Below are positions 38,627 through 47,448 of a DNA stretch of 64,000 bases, in pieces (within the stretch, counting starts at the first letter, position 1; each line of letters begins with the position of its first letter). Both the position numbers and the translations under genes were made by a program. The stretch is from the NCBI RefSeq assembly GCF_016213215.1, contig NZ_JACRAW010000135.1, forward strand, positions 14,338-78,337, read 5' to 3'. The DNA is from Bradyrhizobium sp. GTDB taxonomy: Bacteria > Pseudomonadota > Alphaproteobacteria > Rhizobiales > Xanthobacteraceae. The notes beneath the pieces were generated by a model. It worked only from the letters and a program-made list of their open reading frames with translations, made no database searches and was not told the origin of the DNA.

Positions 38627-39663
38627 GCCTCCGCCTCCCCAACTGGCAGTGGCGTCTCGCTTTCCTCCTCATCGCCATAGCCGACGAGATCGAGCGGCCG
38701 CGCCTTGAGGCCTTTGGTCTTGCACCAATGCACCAGCGCATCTTCCTGGCCGTGGGTGACCCAGACCTCGCCGGCGCCGGTGGCCGCGATGGTCGCCGTG
38801 AGTCCGTCCCAGTCGGCATGGTCGGAAATGACCAGCGGCAGTTCGACGCCGCGTTGTCGGGCGCGGGCGCGCACCCGCATCCAGCCCGACGCAAAGGCCG
38901 TGACCGGATCGGGAAAGCGGCGCGTCCACAGATCCGCGGTCGCGGAAGGCGGCGCCAGCGTGATGGTGCCGGCAAGTTCGGCCTTCTTCATGCCGCGCAC
39001 GGGCCTGACGTCGCCGAGCTTGACGCCGCGGCTCTCGTAGTAGCGGGTGATCGTCTCCATCGCGCCATGCAGGTAGATCGGAGCGTCGTAACCGGCCTCG
39101 CGCAGAAGCGCGATCACGCGCTGCGCCTTGCCAAGCGAATAGGCGCCGACCAGGTGCGCGCGCTCCGGAAACAGCGCGATCGAAGAGAGAAGCTTTCTCA
39201 CCTCGTCGGCCGCGCGGCCGTGGCAAAACACCGGCAGGCCGAAGGTCGCCTCGGTGATGAAGACGTTGCAGGGCACGAGTTCGAACGGCGTGCAGGTCGG
39301 ATCGACCGCGTCCTTGTAGTCGCCGGACGCGACGATGCACATGTCCTTGCAGGAGACCGCGATCTGGGCCGAGCCCAGCACGTGGCCGGCGGGATGGAGC
39401 TTGATCGTGACGTCGCCGAGGCGAATCTCTTCGCCATAGCGCACCGCCTGCGTAGAGCCCGCGAAATCATCCCCATAGCGCAGCCGCATGATATCGAGTG
39501 TTTCCTGGGTGGCCAGCACGGCGCCATGGCCGGCCCGGGCGTGGTCGGAGTGGCCATGCGTGATGACCGCGCGCTCGACCGGCCGTACCGGGTCGATGTG
39601 AAAGCCGCCCGTCTTGCAGCACAGGCCGGCGGCAGTTGGCAGCAGGATGTCTTGCGGACGCAT
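38623..39663 (-). CDS. Ligase-associated DNA-damage-response exonuclease (MBL/beta-CASP fold)
   Basis: Start at ATG 39663. 'VITHGHSDHA' motif. Translationally coupled to the ligase. Confidence 0.85.
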   Translation of the reverse strand: MRPQDILLPTAAGLCCKTGGFHIDPVRPVERAVITHGHSDHARAGHGAVLATQETLDIMRLRYGDDFAGSTQAVRYGEEIRLGDVTIKLHPAGHVLGSAQIAVSCKDMCIVASGDYKDAVDPTCTPFELVPCNVFITEATFGLPVFCHGRAADEVRKLLSSIALFPERAHLVGAYSLGKAQRVIALLREAGYDAPIYLHGAMETITRYYESRGVKLGDVRPVRGMKKAELAGTITLAPPSATADLWTRRFPDPVTAFASGWMRVRARARQRGVELPLVISDHADWDGLTATIAATGAGEVWVTHGQEDALVHWCKTKGLKARPLDLVGYGDEEESETPLPVGEAEA

Positions 39664-39768
39664 TCTCGCTATATAGGTGCCCTTGCGCCGATGTTTACCT
39701 CTCATACGCGGGCTTGACCCACGCGCGCATCTTCCAGGAAAATCTGGATTGCCGGGTCAGGCCCGGCG

Positions 39769-40716
39769 ATGACGAGTATTGGTTCCGCGATGCCCCCCCG
39801 CCTGTTCCTGTCCTCCGGCGATCTGGTTGCCGACCGCCGTTTTGAATTTGCGCGCGATTTGCAGCTCAAGGGCGATCTTGCCGCCGCAGCCGAGCTGCTG
39901 GAGCAGGCGATCGAGCTGGCGCCGAATTTCGTTTCGGCCTGGTTTACGCTCGGCGAAATCCGCGAAAAGCTCGGCCAGCGCGAGGCGGCGATTGCAGCCT
40001 TTCGTTCGGCGCGGGCCGACGACCCCGAGGATCGTCATGGCGCCAGCCTGCATTTGATGCGGCTTGGCGCCGAACAGGTGTCGGCCATGCCGGAGGCCTA
40101 TGTGCAGGTGCTGTTCGATCAATACGCGCCGCGGTTCGAGTCCGCTCTGGTCGGCGATCTCGGCTATCGAGGCCCGGCACTTCTGTTGAAGGCGGTGCTG
40201 TGGGTTCGCGCCGTTGCCAGGAAGCCCGCTCTCTTCAAGCGCGCCATCGATCTCGGATGTGGCACGGGGCTCGCTGCCGCAGCCTTCGCCAGGAATGTCG
40301 ACCGGTTCCTTGGCATCGACCTGTCGCCGCGCATGATCGAGAAGGCGCGCTCAACGGGACTGTATGCCGAGCTCGAGGTCGGCGACATGTTGAAGGGGCT
40401 GCGCAGCAAGCCAGATGCAAGCGCCGAACTCATCCTCGCGGCCGACGCGATGGTCTACGTCGCGGATCTCATGCCTGTGCTGGCGGAGGCCAAACGTGTG
40501 CTGGTCTCCGGCGGCGTTCTCGCGTTCACGACCGAAACCCATGATGGGGAAGGTGTCATCATCGGCGAGGGGCTGCGCTACGCGCACAGCGCGGACTATG
40601 TGCGCGCGTCGGTTGAGGCGGCTGGACTGAACTTGTCCCAGCTCGAGGACCGCTCCGCGCGGAATGAGGAAAACGTCCCGGCGCCCGGTCTGGTCGCGGT
40701 CGCGACAAAGACTTGA
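39769..40716 (+). CDS. Class I SAM-dependent methyltransferase with N-terminal TPR-like region
   Basis: 'IDLGCGTGL' motif I and 'ILAADAMVYV'. N-terminal helical repeats 'AAELLEQAIELAPNFVSAWFTLGEI'. Confidence 0.75.
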   Translation: MTSIGSAMPPRLFLSSGDLVADRRFEFARDLQLKGDLAAAAELLEQAIELAPNFVSAWFTLGEIREKLGQREAAIAAFRSARADDPEDRHGASLHLMRLGAEQVSAMPEAYVQVLFDQYAPRFESALVGDLGYRGPALLLKAVLWVRAVARKPALFKRAIDLGCGTGLAAAAFARNVDRFLGIDLSPRMIEKARSTGLYAELEVGDMLKGLRSKPDASAELILAADAMVYVADLMPVLAEAKRVLVSGGVLAFTTETHDGEGVIIGEGLRYAHSADYVRASVEAAGLNLSQLEDRSARNEENVPAPGLVAVATKT

Positions 40717-40852
40717 GTTTACACGCTGCGATTTCCGTCTCACGGAAATGTGGCCGCTTCATTAGCGGCATTGCGCCGCGCATCTCGCGGTTCGCTATTG
40801 CCGAGCCCTTGGGAATGTAGATCATTGCGCCACCCAAGGAGAAACCAAGACA

Positions 40853-42082
40853 ATGAACAAGAAACAGACGAGGCGCGACTTCTGCGCCACCGCGCTTGCC
40901 ACCGTCGCAGCTACCACCATCCCCGCGCCGTACGTCTGGGCGGCCGAGAAGAAGTACGATCCGGGCGCGAGCGACACCGAAATCAGAATCGGGCAGACCG
41001 TGCCCCATAGCGGTCCCGGCTCGCTCTATGGCGTGCTGGGGCGGGTGGGCGAAGCCTATTTCCAGATGCTGAACGAAAAGGGCGGCATCAACGGGCGCAA
41101 GGTCAAGTTCTTCACCATGGATGACGCCTACAGCGCGCCGAAATGCGTGGAAGCGACGCGGCGCCTGGTGGAGCAGGAAGAAGTGCTGGCGCTGTACGGC
41201 TCGCTTGGGACCGCGCCGCAGACTGCCGTGCACAAATATCTCAACTCAAAGGGCGTGCCGCAGCTTCTGCTCAACACCGGCGCCTCCAAGTGGAACGATC
41301 CGAAGAACAACAAATGGACCATGGCGGGCCTGCCGCTCTATCCCACCGAAGCGCGGATCCTCGCCAAGCACGTCGTCGCCGTGAAGCCGAACGCCAAGGT
41401 CGGTATCCTCTACCAGAACGACGATTTCGGTCGTGACTTCCTCGGGCCCTTCAAGAAGGTGCTGGAGCAGGCCGGCGGCACGGCGAAAGTCATCATGGAG
41501 CAGACCTATGATCTGACCGATCCGACCATCGACTCCCAGCTGATCAATCTCTCCAAGTCGGGCGCCGACGTGTTCTATAACATCTCGACCGGCAAGGCCT
41601 CGTCGCAGTCGATCCGCAAGGTGGCCGAACTCGGCTGGAAGCCGCTGCAGCTGTTGTCGGCCGGCTCAACCGGCCGCTCGATCCTCAATGCGGCGGGATT
41701 TGAGAATGCGGCCGGCATCGTCGCCATCCGCTACGCCAAGGAGGTTGGCGTCCCGCGCTGGGAGAAGGATGCCGACGTGATGGCGTTCGAGGCCTTGCGC
41801 AAGAAGTACCTGCCCAACGTCGACCCGGACAACACCATCGCGTTTGCCGGCTACGGCCAGGTCGCGACCATGGCCGAGATCCTGCGCCGCTGTGGCGACG
41901 ATCTCACCCGCGCCAATGTGTTGAAGCAGGCGACCACGCTCGCCGGCTTCCACTCGCCTTACTTCCTGGACGGCGTCACCTACAGCTACACGCCGGACGA
42001 TTATACGCCGATGAAGACGCTCTACATCTCGACCTTCAACGGCAAGGATTGGGACATTTCCGAGAAGCCGGTGACGGAGTAA
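40853..42082 (+). CDS. ABC transporter substrate-binding protein (LivK/branched-chain amino-acid type) with Tat-like signal
   Basis: 'MNKKQTRRDFCATALATVAATTIPAPYVWA' twin-arginine signal. 'IRIGQTVPHSGPGSLYG' is typical of type I PBPs. Confidence 0.85.
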   Translation: MNKKQTRRDFCATALATVAATTIPAPYVWAAEKKYDPGASDTEIRIGQTVPHSGPGSLYGVLGRVGEAYFQMLNEKGGINGRKVKFFTMDDAYSAPKCVEATRRLVEQEEVLALYGSLGTAPQTAVHKYLNSKGVPQLLLNTGASKWNDPKNNKWTMAGLPLYPTEARILAKHVVAVKPNAKVGILYQNDDFGRDFLGPFKKVLEQAGGTAKVIMEQTYDLTDPTIDSQLINLSKSGADVFYNISTGKASSQSIRKVAELGWKPLQLLSAGSTGRSILNAAGFENAAGIVAIRYAKEVGVPRWEKDADVMAFEALRKKYLPNVDPDNTIAFAGYGQVATMAEILRRCGDDLTRANVLKQATTLAGFHSPYFLDGVTYSYTPDDYTPMKTLYISTFNGKDWDISEKPVTE

Positions 42083-42094
42083 CGCACCCTCGAT

Positions 42095-42122
42095 CTCCCT
42101 CTCCCCGGTCGGGGAGAGGGAG
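42095..42122. repeat. REP family C hairpin (CTCCCTCTCCCC-ggtc-GGGGAGAGGGAG) after the SBP gene
   Basis: 12-bp perfect stem 13 nt after the stop codon. No U-tract. Confidence 0.6.
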
Positions 42123-42191
42123 ACTTCCGTCGGACGGGAGAAGCGACCGCCACCCTCGACGAAGACCTCGCCACGGCTTACCTGTTGAGCC

Positions 42192-44858
42192 GTGCCGCCC
42201 CGTGTCGTTACCGCCTCGGCCGAACCGGCCGCCCCGCTGCCCGAGCGCTTCCAGCAATGGTTTGCCGCACGCGGCTGGTCGCCGCGCGCGCATCAATTGG
42301 CGCTGCTCGAAAAAGCGCGCAGCGATCGCTCGGCGCTCCTGATCGCCCCCACCGGCGCCGGCAAGACGCTGGCCGGTTTCCTGCCGACACTGGTGGAGTT
42401 GTCCTCGCCCAGACCAGCGCGCCCGGCCCATGCTTCGCCGCGCAGCGGCAGCGAAGACTCCCGCGACCCTCCCCCCTCTAGAGAATCCGAGCAGGCGAGG
42501 GGCGGAACGGTCGTAGCGAGTGAAGCCGGGCGCGTTATCTCCACCGGCCGTTCGCTCCAGCGCAGCGGCGGTCTGCACACGCTTTATATTTCGCCGCTCA
42601 AAGCGCTCGCGATCGACATCGCGCGCAACCTGGAGCGGCCGATCGCCGAAATGGGCTTGCCGATCAAGGTCGAGACCCGCACCGGAGACACGCCGGTATC
42701 GCGCCGGCAGCGGCAGCGCCGTTATCCGCCGGATATCCTCTTGACCACGCCCGAACAGCTCGCACTGCTGCTCGCTTCGGATGACGCGCCCTATCTGTTC
42801 TCCGCGCTGAAATGCATCGTGCTCGACGAATTGCATGCGCTGGTGACGTCAAAACGCGGCGACCTGTTGTCGCTGGGCCTGGCGCGGCTGTGGCGGCTGG
42901 CGCCAGAGATGCGCGCGATCGGACTGTCGGCGACGGTGGCCGAGCCGGATCAGCTCGCGCGCTTTCTGATGCCGCAGCGTCAGGGCAGGGCGCAGGCCGC
43001 CGATATCGTCGTTGCCGGCGGCGCGGCCCCGCCAATCGTGCAGATGCTGGATACGCGCGAGCGCCTGCCCTGGGCCGGCCACAGCGCCCGTCATGCGCTC
43101 GGCGAGATCTACGAGCTGATCAGGCAGAACAAGACGACACTCGTCTTCGTCAATACCCGCAGCCAGGCCGAGATGCTGTTCCAGGATCTCTGGCGCATGA
43201 ACGAGGACGGTCTCGCCATCGCCCTGCATCACGGCTCGCTCGACGTCGCCCAGCGCCGCAAGGTCGAGGACGCGATGGCGGCGGGCAGGCTGCGCGGCGT
43301 GGTCTGCACCTCCTCGCTCGACCTCGGCGTCGACTGGGGCGATGTCGATCTCGTCATCAATATCGGCGCGCCGAAGGGCTCCTCGCGCCTGATGCAGCGG
43401 ATCGGCCGCGCCAACCATCGCCTCGATGAGGCCTCGCGCGCGGTGCTGGTGCCGGCCAACCGCTTCGAGGTGCTGGAATGCCGGGTGGCGATCGACGCCA
43501 TCGCGGAGAATGCGCAGGATACCCCGCCGCTGCGCACTGGTGCCCTCGACGTGCTGGCGCAGCATGTCCTGGGTTGCGCCTGCGGCAAGCCGTTTCTGGC
43601 CGACGAGCTCTATGACGAGGTGCGCACGGCGGCGCCTTATGCGAATTTGGCGCGCGGCGATTTCGATGACGTGGTCGATTTCGTCGCGACCGGCGGCTAT
43701 GCGCTCAAGACCTATGAGCGCTTCGCCCGCATCAAGCAGGACAATCAGGGCCGCTGGCGCGTCGCCAATCCGCGCGTGCGGCAGAGCTATCGCCTCAATG
43801 TCGGCACCATCGTCGAGGAGGCGATGCTGAAAGTGCGGTTGGTGCGCTCGCGCGGCACTGCCTCGGGCTCGACCGGCGCGATCGCGCGCGGCGGCAGGGT
43901 GCTGGGCGAAATCGAGGAGGCCTTCATCGAAGGGCTGGTGGTCGGCGACACCTTCGTGTTCAGCGGCGAGATCGTGCGCTACGAGGCCCTTGTTGAAGAT
44001 CAAGTGTACGTTTCGCGCGCCAACGACAAGGATGCAAAGGTGCCGTCCTACATGGGCGGCAAGTTTCCGCTCTCGACCTATCTGGCCGAGCGCGTGCGCA
44101 AGTTGCTCGACGACGGGCGCGAATGGGGCGCGCTGCCGGAGCAGGTGCGCGACTGGCTGTCGCTGCAAAAGGACGTTTCCCGGGTGCCGGCCGTGCGCGA
44201 GCTGCTGGTCGAGACCTTCCCTCGCGGGGGCAAGCATCATTTCGTGTGCTATCCCTTCGAGGGGCGGCTCGCGCATCAGACGCTCGGCATGCTGCTAACT
44301 CGGCGGCTGGAGCGCGCCCGCGCCCGGCCGCTCGGCTTCGTCGCCAACGAATATGCGCTGGCGGTCTGGAGCCTTGGCGACATGTCGTTGATGATCCGCC
44401 AGGGCAGGCTCGATCTCAACGCGCTGTTCGATCCGGACATGCTGGGCGATGATCTCGAAGCGTGGCTTGCCGAGTCGGCGCTGATGAAGCGCACCTTCCG
44501 CTACTGCGCGATCATTTCCGGGTTGATCGAACGCCGCTCTATCGATGAGGAGAAAAGCCGCCGCCAGGTGCTGTTCTCCACCGACCTCGTCTACGACGTC
44601 CTGCGCAAGCACCAGGCCGACCACGTGCTGTTGCGCGCCGCGCGCGCGGACGCCGCAACCGGCCTTCTCGACCTCAAGCGGCTCGGCGACATGCTGGCGC
44701 GCATCAGGGGTCGAATCACCCACAAGGAACTCGACCACGTCTCCCCGCTCGCGGTGCCCGTGATGCTGGAAATCGGCCGCGAGTCGGTTTATGGCGAAGC
44801 ATCCGACGAACTCCTGGCGGAAGCCGCCGATGAGCTCGTCAAGGAATCGATGGGATAA
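42192..44858 (+). CDS. Ligase-associated DNA-damage-response DEXH-box helicase (Lhr-like)
   Basis: Motif I 'APTGAGKT', motif II 'VLDELHAL', 'SATV', 'HHGSL', 'QRIGRANH'. GTG start. Followed by pdeM. Confidence 0.9.
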   Translation: MPPRVVTASAEPAAPLPERFQQWFAARGWSPRAHQLALLEKARSDRSALLIAPTGAGKTLAGFLPTLVELSSPRPARPAHASPRSGSEDSRDPPPSRESEQARGGTVVASEAGRVISTGRSLQRSGGLHTLYISPLKALAIDIARNLERPIAEMGLPIKVETRTGDTPVSRRQRQRRYPPDILLTTPEQLALLLASDDAPYLFSALKCIVLDELHALVTSKRGDLLSLGLARLWRLAPEMRAIGLSATVAEPDQLARFLMPQRQGRAQAADIVVAGGAAPPIVQMLDTRERLPWAGHSARHALGEIYELIRQNKTTLVFVNTRSQAEMLFQDLWRMNEDGLAIALHHGSLDVAQRRKVEDAMAAGRLRGVVCTSSLDLGVDWGDVDLVINIGAPKGSSRLMQRIGRANHRLDEASRAVLVPANRFEVLECRVAIDAIAENAQDTPPLRTGALDVLAQHVLGCACGKPFLADELYDEVRTAAPYANLARGDFDDVVDFVATGGYALKTYERFARIKQDNQGRWRVANPRVRQSYRLNVGTIVEEAMLKVRLVRSRGTASGSTGAIARGGRVLGEIEEAFIEGLVVGDTFVFSGEIVRYEALVEDQVYVSRANDKDAKVPSYMGGKFPLSTYLAERVRKLLDDGREWGALPEQVRDWLSLQKDVSRVPAVRELLVETFPRGGKHHFVCYPFEGRLAHQTLGMLLTRRLERARARPLGFVANEYALAVWSLGDMSLMIRQGRLDLNALFDPDMLGDDLEAWLAESALMKRTFRYCAIISGLIERRSIDEEKSRRQVLFSTDLVYDVLRKHQADHVLLRAARADAATGLLDLKRLGDMLARIRGRITHKELDHVSPLAVPVMLEIGRESVYGEASDELLAEAADELVKESMG

Positions 44859-44900
44859 CACGCGACCGCAAGCGCGCCAGTTTCGGGGGACATTCAGAGC

Positions 44901-45572
44901 ATGCGCGCTTCGAGGGTTACCGTTTCGGGCGTGACGTTGATTGCCGATCTGTCCGGTGCGCTGTTCTGGGACGAGCAGGGCCTGCTCGTCGTCTCCGACC
45001 TGCATCTGGAAAAGGGCTCGAGCTTCGCCGCGCGGGGCGTGCTGCTGCCGCCCTATGACACCGCCGCGACGCTCGGCCGGCTGGCCGCCGTCATCGCGCG
45101 TCACCATCCGCGCGTGGTGATCGCGCTCGGCGACAGTTTCCACGATCGCGCGGCGCATGAGCGGCTGTCGCCCGGGGATCGCGAGGCGGTCGCGACGTTG
45201 CAGTCGGGGCGCGACTGGATCTGGATCTCGGGCAATCACGATCCGGCCTTGCCGCGCGACATCGGCGGCACGGTTGCGAGCGAAATTGCAATCGGCCCGG
45301 TCACTTTCCGCCATGAGCCGACAGGCGCCGTGGGCGAGATCGCCGGCCACCTGCATCCCAAGGCGCGGGTTTCCACCCGCGGCCGCTCGATGGAGCGTCG
45401 CTGCTTCGCCTCTGACGGCTCGCGCGCCGTCATGCCGGCGTTCGGCGCCTATGCCGGGGGCCTGAGCATTCGCGACGCGGCGTTTGCGAAAGTGTTCGGC
45501 ACGGCCGTCTTCATGGCGCATGTGCTCGGCGATACGCGCCTGCACGCCATTGCGGCCTCGCGCTGCTGCTGA
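44901..45572 (+). CDS. pdeM: Ligase-associated DNA-damage-response metallophosphoesterase PdeM
   Basis: Calcineurin-like motifs 'SDLHLEKG', 'GDSFHD', 'GNHD', 'GHLHP'. Confidence 0.85.
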   Translation: MRASRVTVSGVTLIADLSGALFWDEQGLLVVSDLHLEKGSSFAARGVLLPPYDTAATLGRLAAVIARHHPRVVIALGDSFHDRAAHERLSPGDREAVATLQSGRDWIWISGNHDPALPRDIGGTVASEIAIGPVTFRHEPTGAVGEIAGHLHPKARVSTRGRSMERRCFASDGSRAVMPAFGAYAGGLSIRDAAFAKVFGTAVFMAHVLGDTRLHAIAASRCC

Positions 45573-45593
45573 GCGCTGCACTCCGGATGTCGG

Positions 45594-46370
45594 CTAATCC
45601 TTCCGGAACACGATCGACGCCATCCAGCCGCTCATCAGCGCCATCGCGGCGGTGACGAGCCCGTAGACGAAGCCGTTCTGTCGCGCAGTAGTCGCGACGA
45701 ACTGCTCGAACCCGACCTTGACGATCTCGAACGCGGTCTCGGTCTTGGTCAGGAAGACGCCGTTGGCGAGCAGCTTGATCTCGACCTGATAAGTGCCGAT
45801 CGGCACTTCGGCCGGCAAGGGGATGCTGGTGCGAAACAGCGTCGGCGTCAGCAAGGTCACCGCGGCGGGATCCTCGCGATAGAGGCCGCGCTGGGTGCGC
45901 AGGCGGACGAAGGCACTGCGGAACGGATCGTTCGGCACCACGTCGGCATAGTCGGTGCCGACCCGCTGCGTCAGCAGCACGTTGTTGAGCCCGAGTTGCT
46001 GGCGTCTCGCCACCTCGGGCGGAGCAATCTGCTCGAACGGCCGATTGGCGAACAGCGCGAGATAGGCCGGCACCTGCAGGAACTGCCGGTAGTCGGTGTT
46101 GATCCAGATGCCGAACTTGCGTTCCTTGCGGCGCGTCACCATGTCGGCTCGCGGACCGATCACCGTCACCACGAGGTCGTACGCGTTGCGGTCCGCAGGC
46201 GTTGCGGCATCCTTCTCCACCGAACCGAACAGCACCAGCTCCTCGCCGGAATAGTTCGGCGTCACGGTGACGCGGTGATTGGAGACGGACACGATCAGCC
46301 GTTCGGCGCGCGCCGACGCATTCCCCAGTGAGAGCAGTATCAAGGCCGCAACGACCGATCGCGCGATCAT
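45594..46370 (-). CDS. TIGR02186-like alphaproteobacterial envelope/membrane protein
   Basis: Signal peptide and C-terminal TM. 'LIVSVSNHRVTVTPNYSGEELVLFG' resembles this family. Start overlaps the TauE stop by 4 nt. Confidence 0.6.
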   Translation of the reverse strand: MIARSVVAALILLSLGNASARAERLIVSVSNHRVTVTPNYSGEELVLFGSVEKDAATPADRNAYDLVVTVIGPRADMVTRRKERKFGIWINTDYRQFLQVPAYLALFANRPFEQIAPPEVARRQQLGLNNVLLTQRVGTDYADVVPNDPFRSAFVRLRTQRGLYREDPAAVTLLTPTLFRTSIPLPAEVPIGTYQVEIKLLANGVFLTKTETAFEIVKVGFEQFVATTARQNGFVYGLVTAAMALMSGWMASIVFRKD

Positions 46371-47284
46371 TCGCTCACCCCCAGCTCGCGGATGGTGAAG
46401 AGATCGTCGGGGCGGATCACCAGTTCGACGGCGAAGCGGATGCCGACGGCCAGGATCAGCAGCCCCAGCAGCAGCCTGAGCTGTTCGCCGCGGATCTTCT
46501 GGCCGGCCCGCGCGCCGAATTGCGCCCCGGTCACGCCGCCGACCATCAGGATCAGCGCCAGCACCGCGTCGACCAGGTGATTGGTCATCGCGTGCAGCAG
46601 GGTCGCGAACAGCATGGTCACCAGGGTCAGCACCATGGAGGTGCCGATCACCGTGGAGGTAGGCACCCGCAGCAGGTAGATCATGATCGGGACCAGGATG
46701 AAGCCGCCACCGATGCCCATGATCGCGCCGATGAAGCCGATCATGATGCCAATGACGATAACCGGGATCACCGACAGATAGATCTTGGAGCGCTTGAACC
46801 GCATCTTCAGCGGCAGCCCGTGGATCCAGTTATGGGCGCGGCGTGGCGGCACCACCCCCTGCCGGATCCGCATCATCGCGCGCAATCCTTCCCAGAACAT
46901 CAGCCCGCCGACCGTGGTGAGCAGCGCGACGTAGGAGAGCGCGATCATCAGGTCGAGCTGCCCGAGCGCGCGAAGCAGGGTGAACGTCCATACCCCGAGT
47001 GCGGTGCCGGTCGTGCCGCCGCATAGCAGGACGGTCGCGAGCGCCGGGTCGATGGCCCGGCGCCGCCAGTAGGAGATCGCACCGGAAAAGGAGGAGGCCG
47101 CGATATGGCTGGTCACGGAAGCGACCGCGACCGCCGGCGCGATGCCGAGGAAGATGAGCAGCGGCGTCATCAGGAACCCGCCGCCGATCCCGAACATGCC
47201 CGACACGAAGCCGACCGCCGCGCCCATGGCCAGCACCAGGAAGATGTTGACCGGAAGATCGGCGATCGGAAGGTAGAGCTGCAT
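46367..47284 (-). CDS. TauE/SafE family sulfite/anion exporter
   Basis: Start at ATG 47284. Two 'GxGGG' motifs ('GMFGIGGGFLMTP', 'IMGIGGGFILVP'). 8-TM profile. Confidence 0.85.
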   Translation of the reverse strand: MQLYLPIADLPVNIFLVLAMGAAVGFVSGMFGIGGGFLMTPLLIFLGIAPAVAVASVTSHIAASSFSGAISYWRRRAIDPALATVLLCGGTTGTALGVWTFTLLRALGQLDLMIALSYVALLTTVGGLMFWEGLRAMMRIRQGVVPPRRAHNWIHGLPLKMRFKRSKIYLSVIPVIVIGIMIGFIGAIMGIGGGFILVPIMIYLLRVPTSTVIGTSMVLTLVTMLFATLLHAMTNHLVDAVLALILMVGGVTGAQFGARAGQKIRGEQLRLLLGLLILAVGIRFAVELVIRPDDLFTIRELGVSE

Positions 47285-47448
47285 CGAGCGTTTTCCGGAA
47301 AACGAAAATTCCTGCAGGCTGCCCGCGGCAGGCGGAACCGTTGCCGCACCTTTGCATATCCGAAATCGCAGCAAGGGGGGACCGCAAATCGCGCCGCCCG
47401 GGTTGTTGTCGGCCGCGGGGGTGAACAGGTCTCGCGGAGCTGGCAGCG

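Noticed and set aside
39664-39768. SOS (LexA) boxes GTTC-N7-GTTC/GAAC-N7-GAAC in front of the ligase-associated genes (also 42083-42191 and 32583-32790)
   Set aside because: None found by eye in these promoter regions. The GTTCTTGTTCCGGAAC at about 30871 does not fit the spacing and is not next to a repair gene.
42849-44276. 475-aa minus-strand ORF opposite the Lhr-like helicase, and 44295-45581 opposite pdeM
   Set aside because: Helicase and phosphoesterase motifs are all in the plus-strand frames. The antisense products have no motifs.
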